64,000 nt of DNA from Rhizophagus irregularis (Eukaryota). The stretch is from positions 5,642,001-5,706,000 of the forward strand of contig NC_089431.1 in the NCBI RefSeq assembly GCF_026210795.1, read 5' to 3'. Positions within the stretch are counted from its first letter, which is position 1, and each line of letters starts with the position of its first letter. The position numbers were made by a program, and so were the translations under genes. This document shows positions 53,839-64,000 of this stretch, piece by piece. Under the pieces are notes generated by a model. The model searched no databases. It saw only the letters and a program-made list of their open reading frames with translations, and had not been told where the DNA came from.

Positions 53839-55686
53839 ATCAAATTGTTAGCCTGATGATTTTATTTATAGCTTAATTTTAAAACATATTGGAAAACGCG
53901 TTTACTAATCCAACATGGTATGACCTGGGCATCATCACCATCAGAGTTAACGAATTCCTGTATTTTATAAACATCATAAATAATAGTATATTAAATGATT
54001 CGCTGACTTGCCACCAAATTTGTTGTATAGAGTTTTCAAACCACTCATTTTGTTGGGATGATCTTTTGCAATTGAAAGACCTCATCTCCATTCCGCAATA
54101 TCTTGTGAGCAATATACTCAAATGAGGTCCCCAAGAGTGGACTGCCTATGCCTGTTTAGTTTGTTCAAGAAGTCTTTCTCTTATTCGCTCTTCAAGTTGG
54201 TCAGTTACTTGTTCCTTCACATAATCAGAAGCAAATTTTATAGTTACTATCGTATAAGGAATTTTGCCATTTTCATCTTTGTTGTCATTTTCAACTGGGT
54301 GATTCACATTGATATGAACGATCATGTGACTAAATTTGGATCTTTCTATGCAACTTCACCAATATCATCAAAAATATCCCCTTTACTACCCTTAATTGCT
54401 TCATTGTGGTGAGTTACATCATTAGCCCTTTCTAAGACATATCGAGGGATTCCTCCCCACTTCCCACTTTGAATATAGATCCTTAGCTAATTCCGGGGTT
54501 ACTCTATCTTCATAGAGTACTTGCCTACAACTTTTGATCTCTTTCCAACTCCATGTTGGCATATAGCGTATCCACTATACTCATCAAGTGTTTATAATGT
54601 TCCCTTCTGGATGAACAAATTAGAATTGTTTTAGCATTAACATTCTTCAATTAGGTTCCTTACCATCTACTATATACCAACATCTTTGTTTTGCAGATAT
54701 ATTTTTATGCTAATGCTGTAACTAGTAAAGGCTCCTTTTTCTCCTTCAAAGACGATTGGATCAGTTTCATTATAGTTATCATATACAACAGTTGCATCTT
54801 GTAGTGCAAGTTGATAAAGTAAATAATATCCGAAAAAGGTTTTTCCGATGCTCGGATTTCCAGTTATGCGCAGTTTGTTTATTGACTCATCAAAGACGAC
54901 ACTTAGCAAATCACGATAACATTTACGGATTTCAGAGCGGAAACTTCATAATCTTTTCCCAGAAATCGGGTAGAGTTGGTTAGTTTAAGATATTTTTATG
55001 AGATGCGTTCTTTAAAGATCGCCAAAATTTATTCAATTCTTCATCATCTAATTTTAAGCGCTTACTAGGAGGATCTGTATAATAAAATAAATAAATATGA
55101 GGCGCAAGGAACGAAATAACATAGAGTATGACACCACGCAGGTGAGAATGAAAATGGTCATCGCGTTGATCAAAAATTTATTACGGTTCACTTACCAGCA
55201 ACGGTTTGCTCTACGATAACGCGAATGTGTTTTTTGGGCGGGTTGACGATAAGAAGCAGGAAAGAAAAGCACAAGAATAAGTAAGTATTCGGTATTATTG
55301 GCAAATATGACAGAGAAAGATGAAAATCATGCTATAAAACATTGACTAAATTTATTACGACTCACCATTAATGGGAGTTTTTGTTAACAACTTGAATATT
55401 TCGTTCTTTGATGCCAAAAAAAGTATTTGCAATAGTACTTCTTTCATCTTCTAATTCATTATCATCATTTAACATTTCCTCTGAAATATCACTAATTGAA
55501 GCGACATTAATCACTCCACAACCTAAGTTTGTCGGCATCAACCCCAGCAGTATCATTTGGCTTTTTACTTTTAATAGCTTTTTTAAGGTCGTCAATATCA
55601 TTATTCGTTCCAATTTTAACTTTGAAAATTGAACTGCTTCCTTGCACAAAGCACCAAAGTGTAATACGTGTACCATCGATAGACAT
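53839..55686 (-). pseudogene. Crinkler (CRN)-type gene: ubiquitin-like N-terminus + P-loop NTPase (+ probable REase), frameshifted
   Basis: MSIDGTRITLWCFVQG...FKVKI.....IDDLKKAIK.KK......DADKLRLW, then NIQVV, IRKCY, ITGNPSIGKTFFGYYLL, MPTWS..EI and GGIPRYVL, spread over several frames. Confidence 0.8.
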
Positions 55687-56365
55687 TTTTATGGTTATTT
55701 TGTATCACAACGATAAATGAGGAAAGAAAAAGATTTTTTTTCGAATTGGGGAATAATTTAGTTTTATATAGGGATCTGATCAGTGACACAATCAATTTAT
55801 GGGCGCAGTAGTCGCGAATTCAGTCATATGATTTTTATTCGAAACCTTATTGGAAGAAGTGTGACATTAAATGTCAGCTAACAAAAAAAAAAGACGTCAA
55901 GCTTGTCAATGTAAAGTTAGTCATCAAGACTATAAATAGGACACTAGTTATTTGGAATATTACTCCGCAATAAAATTACATGATCAAATATTTTTTACGC
56001 TACAATTGCGAACTTGAGTTTATTGCTTGAAGTGTTTAAGACAATATTCCAACTTATCTTGGGAATACAATTTCGCTAATTGGTACCATGAGCCATGTAA
56101 TCCATAATTTCCATGTTTTCCATGAATGCTGGCTGATATTAAGTTTGGCCAGAATTTGTGAATCGTAATGTTGGCCAACCTTGCATAATTCTGGTCAAAT
56201 CACAGAATTTCACGAATTCATCCGCAGAAAATGAATCTCGCCAGTAAAATCATGTGATAATTACCAAATAAGTATAATGTAACGTATCCTATGTACATAA
56301 GGATGTCAAATTCCGCCTTTTTGCATTTTCTCATTTTTCTCTTAAAATACGAAACTTGGTCATTA

Positions 56366-57874
56366 ATGGATGATAATAAATTTTTACCAAAATTATCTCA
56401 AAATTTTCTTGAGTTATTAAATGATGATGAATATTATGATATTACTATTGAAGTTGGTAATGATCCTTACGTAAAAGTATTTCGTGCTCATATAGCCATT
56501 TTAAATTATCGCTCTCCTTATTTACGAAGAATTTTATCAACAAATAAAAAGAAAAATGATGGAATTTTGACACATATTAAATTACCAAATATTTTACCTG
56601 AAATTTTTCAAATAATCTTAAGGTATGAATAAATATTTTTATTTTTATTTTTTTTTTAAAAAGAAAAGAATAGAATAAAATATTAAATATTTCATTTTAG
56701 ATATATTTATGGAGGAAGACTTTCATTGAAAGAATATAATGTTACAGATATTATTAAAATCTTGATCGCTGCCAATGAACTTAGTCTTCAAGAAATAATC
56801 ATTCATTTACAATCATTTTTAATTGAAAACAAAAAAAATTGGTTAGAACAAAATTTTAACTTGATATATGGGACGAGTTTTGAAAATGAATCTTTCTTGG
56901 AATTACAAAATTTTTGTACAGAATTAATAACTAAAGAACCGAATAAAATTTTTAAATCAATTGATTTTAATTCAATTTCAGAAAAAACTTTAATTTCCCT
57001 TATTCGACATGAAAATCTTAAAATAAGTGATGTTCAAGTTTGGGAACATGTTCTTGTATGGGGTATCGCTCAAAATCCAGAACTTTCTTCGGATCCGGAT
57101 CCTTCAAGTTACTCAAAAAATGATTTCAATTCTTTAAAAAATACTTTACAACAATGTATTCCTTTTATTAAATTCTATAATTTAACTTCTAGAGAATTTT
57201 TAAATAAAGTATATCCATATAGAAAAATTATACCTAAAGATTTACTTGATAATTTATTCAAATATTTCTTAGATCATGATTACGAGCCAAATGGTAAGTT
57301 GAAACCGAATATTACTAAAGAAGTTAATTCAAAAACCATTGATTCAAGAATTATTACATCTCAACATGTTGAATTAATCTCTAAATGGATTGATAAATTA
57401 GAAATCACAGACGATATAAAAAATTCATATGAATTCAAATTAATTCTTCGTGGATCTCGCGATGGGTTTTTATCTAGTAAATTTCATGAGATTTGTGATT
57501 ATCAATCTCATACTATATCAATTATTAAAGTAAAAGATAGTAATGAAATTCTTGGAGGATATAATCCAATCATTTGGAAATCTGATCGTAGTTTTGGTAT
57601 TACCGAAGACAGTTTTATGTTTTCTTTTAAGGATAAGAATAGTATTGAAAATTATATTTTAAGTCGAGTAAAAGATAAACGATATGCTATATATAATTAT
57701 CCTAGTCACGGTCCAGCATTTGGTTGTGGCCTTGTTTTGTCCGGAAACAATTTTTACAATTCGAGTTATTGTAGGAATATGAAAAACAAGTATCCTAATT
57801 ATGAAAAGTCAATTAGAGAAACTGAATATTTTTCAGTAGAAGAATATGAAATATTTCAAATTACGAAAGATTGA
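56366..57874 (+). CDS. BTB/POZ-BACK-TLDc protein, 2 exons
   Basis: Exons 56366-56622 and 56701-57874. Close paralogue of 51024-52607. Confidence 0.92.
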
Positions 57875-59680
57875 TTTAATATTTTAAAGATCAAATATTA
57901 TTCGGTTACATTAGTTGGAATGAAAACAAAATTTTTACTCTATTTAGTTTATCTAGTGTTGTTTTTTGAAGTTGCTATTTAACATTTAGACAATAGTTTT
58001 GTTGGAAAGTATAATTTTCGTAATGATACAGTATATTAATCTATCGTTTTTCGACTAAATATAATTTTATGTTTTAAAGTAACATCACGTGAGAGCTTTG
58101 AAGCATATTTACAATTTTTTTTTTACAAATACTTCAAATAAAGAATATTAACGCAATTGTAATATTTCTTAAGATTGTTATGGATTTTGAATTTTCGGGA
58201 TTATGCTTGTGAACGTCGGGCTTGTATTATGACAGGATTCTGAGTTCCTACGCTTACTATGGAATTAAATCGGTGAAATTTCATACGGATATATTAAATC
58301 CAAATAAGATTTGATCCAATTCCTTTTGTGGATATATTAATATTGTATTTTCGAATGAAATTTTTTAAAAATAATGAAATATTTTTGAAACAAATACCTA
58401 TTATTAATTTTATAATAATTATTCTTGTAAGTTGACTAGTATTATGGCTACTGGCATGCGTTGTGACAATGTTAAACTTGATTACGTAAATATCTGTTGT
58501 GGTCAGATATCGGGTAATAAATAATATTTCTAAGATTAAAATAATACTCGTTATATTTGTGTCATAAATTCGTAATTGCTTTTTATTTATTAACATCTTG
58601 GAGTTTGCTATTATTATTTTATGTTATTTATTAAAAAATTTACATATTAAATTTTATTAGAGAAAGGTAAATAACGATATTAAATTCCATGGATTATAAA
58701 AAAAAATTTTTTTTTTTTATCGGACTCCAAGCCAAAAGTGGATATTTTTTTTAACCGATGATGTTTTGCTGCTATTTTTGCGACGCTATTTTTACGGTGA
58801 TAATCCACCGCAAAAAAAAAACGATATTATATATAACTTGGGTAGTACGCTCTATTTTTACAATTACGGAGGTAACGTCTATATTAGTTAAAATTAAAAA
58901 AAAAAATTCTCGAAAGTAACACCTCTTTCAAATATATAGCGATACGTTTGACCGGAGTTCTTTATAATTTAAGGATTATAGCTATTACTGTATCTGGATT
59001 AAGATGGTAATCCAAAAATGTGGTTTTCTGCATACAATATAACATTTAACAGGAGCTTTATTTGTAAACCTTCATCACTCTTACCTAATCAATATACTAT
59101 ACTCCTCAGTTGGAATTTTATTATTACGACTTGTTATAGAATCAGTCGAAACAAATATTGAAGTAAACTTTAATATTCAAAATAAACTAATAATGCATAA
59201 TGTAATTTTCGATATTTTCATATCACAAATTCATTATTACGCATAAAATTTCCCGTATTACTAAATCATCGAAATTCCATTCCTAATATATGTTGTTTAT
59301 CGTTAGTAATAATTTTACGGAATTTACAAATCCATTCTTTCTACCGATACTATTACTATTAGTCTATTACTAAACATTTTTTAGAATTTAATATTTCCGA
59401 AAAAATAACAACATATGCATATCTTTTGATTTTCATCGGCATCAAGTATAAAATGGGTCCATTTTAGTACATATTTATCGGAATTTGGACTATCAATATA
59501 AGCAAATCATGTAAATTTGAAAGTTATTATAAATTCACTTTTTAAGGGCAGATTTACAAAGATTTTGTAATTGTACACCCTCTTTAAAAATATAGTTGAC
59601 GCATTCACCTTTTTTTTCATCTCTTTTTTTTCCTTTTCTTTTTTCGTCCTTCGTTTAAATAGAATATTAAAATAAAAGCC

Positions 59681-61254
59681 ATGACTTGTTTAACATTTAA
59701 TATAATAATTTATTATTTATTATATATCTTTAGTTTGAGTTATGTTGAGTCGTTCACTCCTGCAGCACGTGCAGTACATTCTTCTGTTTTTATAGAGAGT
59801 AATAATAGACTTTACTTTCTTGGCGGAGAAATAAATGGTAATATACCGGTTAATGAGGTTTTTTATCTAGATGTATCTAAAAATTTTGATACTGTATCTC
59901 CACCATGGACCGATCTTACGCCAGCTGCAGCGATTCCTTTTCGAAGTTCATGGGCAGGAGTTTCAGATATAAGCATTAATGGTGATTCAATAATAAGTCT
60001 ATTTGGCGGTTATATGCTTGATAATAATATAGATCAAGATTCCTTCACATCAAATTTATATACATTTAATGTCACATCTCAACAATGGAGTATACCTCAA
60101 ATTCAAGGAAACTCACCTAAAAGACGAAGAAATATGAAATCTGTTATCGATGATTCGGGAATTATATATATATTTGGTGGTTATTTCGTTGTACCTACAA
60201 CACCACAAGAAATTATGTTTAATGATATGATTAAAATCGATATAAATACTTTTTCTTTATCATTCGGTTCAACACAAAATGGTCCTACTCGACGTTGTGC
60301 TTATACCGCAACTTTATTACCGAAGGGTATTATTGTATATATTGGAGGGTATGAAGAGGATGGTAATTCTATAGTAGATATTAATGAGGTTTTTCTTTAT
60401 AATACAAAACTTGATGCTTGGTCTTTGATGGCAAGTTAATAATTATTCATGTTTTGCTTTTGAAATTTATTCTAAAATCTAACAAAATTATATTTTTATA
60501 TATATATAGAATGCAAATAATATAAATTCAATTGAATCTCGTTATTTACATAGTGCTGTATTAGGTATGAATTTTGATAATATATTCATCTATTCACTCG
60601 CTTATGGAAATATAATAATTTATATTTTTCTTTCATGACTTATTTTTAGCGCCTGATGGTAAGATAATAGTTTACGGTGGATTGAAAGATGCGTTAGGGG
60701 AAGAAACTATGAAAGTTGTACCAGATTTGGCAGTTTTAGATACAAATACTTTTCCTTTTGAATGGAATGTACCACAAGTAACATCAAATGTTGGTAGTAT
60801 ACCTTCGCTTGCATGTCATTCAGCTGATATAGTTGGAGATAATATGATTGTAGCATTTGGTATGTCATTATTTATTTAATAATATTATGAATATCTATAT
60901 TCATGTATTTCGAAAACTTAAATTTATTTCAAATATTTTTTAGGAAATATTACACGGTCTAATGCTCCTTCTGTTGAACTTAATCCTAAAATTTATTTAC
61001 TGAATGTAATGAATTATACTTGGGTTAATACATTTGATCCTAAGCAACAATCAACAGATAATAATATTGATACAACACAACAGGATAAAATTGCCAAAAT
61101 TAAAACTGAAATTGGAATAATATGTGGAGTTATAGGTTCGGTAGTAATAATTGTAATAATATTCTTTATTAATAAATGGAAGAAAAGAGATAAGGTAACT
61201 CTTAGAATCCCCGGTGAGGAAACTCTTAGAATTCCTAGTGAAAAACGGTTATAA
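59681..61254 (+). CDS. Type I membrane Kelch/galactose-oxidase-like beta-propeller protein, 4 exons
   Basis: Exons 59681-60430 (GC donor), 60510-60564, 60650-60859 and 60944-61254. Signal-peptide-like N-terminus, YFLGG/LFGG/IFGG/YIGG/VYGG blades, TM segment IGIICGVIGSVVIIVIIFFI, then a basic stretch. Confidence 0.85.
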
Positions 61255-61636
61255 TATGCGTATAACAACACAATCTTCGGATCGTAAAAATTTTTTAAAA
61301 AAAAGACTTTTTTTAATAACATTTTTATATATTTTCATAAAAGCAATCTTATTTAAACTAGAAAAATTATATATATATATTTTCAATAAAACAAGAAACT
61401 AATTATGCTTGTACAATTTTATCAACATAATAAGCAAGAGACTCAATTGTATCTCTTTTGAATTTATTTAATCGTCAATTAACTGTATATGTAAGATGAA
61501 AGATATTATCGAAAGAGTTATGCCTTCCGATTACATTCTTTGAAATCGTCGATTATTATTATATCAGCCCTGAAACAAAAATTTCTAATACATAATCATA
61601 TTGGTGGTCGAGAATCGCAAATTACTGTAATGTATA

Positions 61637-61820
61637 CCCTATAAAAACGAAATGAGTTAAATTTGTTTAATATTTGTGCTCATGTGTAATAAATGTCTAA
61701 AAAAGCACCATTTTGTTTAATTTTTGTTTTTTTTTGTAATAAGACATAAATCGGACAAAATGGTGCTTTTTTGGACGTTTTTTACACATGAACACAAATT
61801 TAACACATTTCATTTTTATT
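61637..61820. mobile_element. CCCTATA-terminated foldback MITE, right end eroded
   Basis: Starts CCCTATAAAAA. ATTTGTGCTCATGTGTAA..AAAAGCACCATTTTGT pairs with ACAAAATGGTGCTTTT..TTACACATGAACACAAAT. Confidence 0.6.
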
Positions 61821-62375
61821 ATATGTTACGCGTTAATCATCACACTTATTTATATTTTTACATGATATTATATAACAGTCCATCCATTATATTGTTACTG
61901 CGCCTACGGGAGCTTCTATAAATAATATAATAATCACAAAAACTGTTGTATTGATGCAATTTTGAATTTTCATTGTGACAAATATAACCATAATAAACAA
62001 ATATGACGATTTGTTTGTCCTTAGCCAATTTTGTCGCGCTAACAAAAATCCAGGAACCGAAAGTCCGAGTAAAAAATTAAAAAATGTTCATTTAACGTGC
62101 CAAAAAATTTAGACATGTCTTATTAAATTCTAATCCTTTATTATTATTATTCTAACCCTATAAACGAAAAAAAGAAATGGGTTCAGAAATTACATTGATC
62201 GGATCCTGTATATTCGGGAATTTGTTGGTATTAAATTTTTGACAGCTATATGGAGCAGCTGACAGGGTGTGGATTATGCTAAGGGTGCTTATGTTACGTA
62301 ATTATTAAAAATCTTACGTTATATCAATAAAATCACATGATTTATAAATATTATAATAAACTGAATATTACGTAA

Positions 62376-62509
62376 TGGACAAATTTATCCTGAACCGGGG
62401 TCCAGGTTCTTTATCCTAAACCCCCTATATAAATAAGTTTTTTCAGGGTGATTAATACAGTTGCGGTCTATGATAAGAACCTGAACCCCGGTCTATTTTA
62501 AGGACACTC
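62376..62509. mobile_element. Small inverted-repeat element flanked by TTACGTAA
   Basis: ACCGGGGTCCAGGTTCTT pairs with AAGAACCTGAACCCCGGT. TTACGTAA at 62368-62375 and 62510-62517. Confidence 0.45.
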
Positions 62510-63397
62510 TTACGTAACATGTGTAAGCCGTTTTTTTAATATTAAATTTTGAGGTGATGATAAAAATAGTAAACTATTTTTATCAAAGATTCGGGTCTGC
62601 GGGATTACTAGCACCCGAAATAATCGTCCGGGTGGTCCGGACTACCATTTTTTTCATGGGTTATTACTTATTAGGCTACTTCGAGTCAATTAATCAATGG
62701 ACCAACAGTTTTGGTGGTTACATCAACAAATCAAACATGTGATCAAAAATGCCGATCAATCAATTTTGATACCTGAATAGTCATCGAAGTCGAGCTTGAT
62801 CAACCATCGATCTAGCTATAATAAAATTGAATTGACTGTGAATAGCTGGATATAACTAATACAGTTGAATCAATTGAAATTATAAAATTTACGACTAAAT
62901 TTCTTGCAATTATATAATTTTTTTTTAATGGATTGATATTTATTTTCTGAGTAATTATTGTTTTATTAATGTTTCAAAAAATGTCTTATTAATTAAATAA
63001 ATTTAAAAACATAATTCAAAAAAAATTCAATCGAATTTGTGTGATAAACAAATAGTTAACACATCCCAGATTTGGAATAACTTGAAAACTGTCAAATGTT
63101 ATACCTCCGTAAATGGTACTGCAATTTACATGGTTCTACATTACTATAAATATCTCGTATAGTCGTTTAGGGATAGACCAACATTATACATAAGGAAAAT
63201 ATTACGGTGGATAGGAATTGTTGTATTGTCTGTATTGTTTGGTAACTAATTGATTCCAAAAATAGTCTAATCATGAAAAAATATTTTATAAATCCAACTT
63301 TCTAAATAAAGAAATTCATGTCTTTTTTGTTTTGTTTTATTTTATTTTATTTTATTTTTTTCTGATTCTAGACACAAAAGTCTTTTGTAATTAAATA

Positions 63398-64000
63398 ATG
63401 TCTTATACCACATTTTATTTGTGTTTAATTTTTGGGTTAGGATACATATTCTTTGGAGTTGAATCATATGTTCCTGTAGGACGTATAAGTCATTCCTCTA
63501 TACTTATTGGAAATAAGATATATTATTTTGGTGGAATAACAGACGTAGGAGCATCAGATGATGCATTTTATCTTGATTTATCTCAATCATTTGATGTAGT
63601 AAACCCACCATGGACTCAAATACCTAATATTCCGTTTAGAAGTTCATGGGCGTCTGTTGCATCAGATAATTCTAATAATGCAGATATATATCTCTTTGGA
63701 GGAATAATGTTTGATGTAAATATACAAAAAGATTCATTTAAATCATTTGTATATAAATTTAATATTAATTCATTATCATGGAATATACCTACTGTTAGTG
63801 GTACTGCTCCCTCAAGACGAATAGAAATGAAAGCTATTAGTGATAATTCAGGAAAAATTTATATTTTTGGTGGAGCTGCTAATTCTTTAGTAGGTGCACA
63901 AACCAGAACGTTTTTTAGCGATATGATAACTTTTGATATCGCTGATTCATCATGGTCAATTAATACTGCGGTTAATGGACGTGCTACATATTCAGCGACA
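63398..64000 (+). CDS. Second Kelch-repeat protein, runs off the window end
   Basis: ATG at 63398: MSYTTFYLCLIFGLGYIFFGVESYVPVGRISHSS...YYFGG...FYLDLSQSFD...PPW...IPFRSSWA. Paralogue of 59681. Confidence 0.85.
   Translation, partial: MSYTTFYLCLIFGLGYIFFGVESYVPVGRISHSSILIGNKIYYFGGITDVGASDDAFYLDLSQSFDVVNPPWTQIPNIPFRSSWASVASDNSNNADIYLFGGIMFDVNIQKDSFKSFVYKFNINSLSWNIPTVSGTAPSRRIEMKAISDNSGKIYIFGGAANSLVGAQTRTFFSDMITFDIADSSWSINTAVNGRATYSAT

Noticed and set aside
53879..54412. Short ORFs on both strands
   Set aside because: They are off-frame or antisense readings of the CRN pseudogene.
56100..56260. Imperfect palindrome centred on GTTGGCCAAC
   Set aside because: No definable termini or TSD; probably an old MITE remnant.

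Overview
AT-rich, intron-containing eukaryotic DNA. Its gene families (TKL-type kinase-Sel1, BTB-TLDc, BTB-SPRY, Kelch-TM, Crinkler) suggest an arbuscular mycorrhizal fungus (Glomeromycota, Rhizophagus-like); this assignment is an inference. Apparently intact genes: a TPR-SET/MYND (SMYD-like) protein, a 4-exon PTGR/CurA-like NADP oxidoreductase, one kinase-Sel1 gene, a TKL-like kinase, a BTB-SPRY protein, a Tbf1/TRFH-like protein, two BTB-TLDc proteins and two Kelch-repeat proteins (the second runs off the window). Positions 7-37 kb hold a duplicated kinase-Sel1 cluster. Its copies have long arrays of near-identical 108-nt Sel1 repeats, varying at fixed positions and shuffled between paralogues. 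Four of the five copies are disrupted or truncated. Many non-autonomous transposons are present, several with readable TIRs and TSDs: CCC-ended CACTA/CMC-like, hAT, Mutator-like, Tc1/pogo-like, a TG..CA element and a Helitron 3' end. The most unusual structure is a 2.2-kb CCC-ended element inserted in a Sel1 repeat. It carries 12 tandem units built like ~30-nt microexons with canonical splice sites, and the units cannot form a continuous ORF. All calls were made by eye without database searches; no tRNA, rRNA or CRISPR array was recognised.
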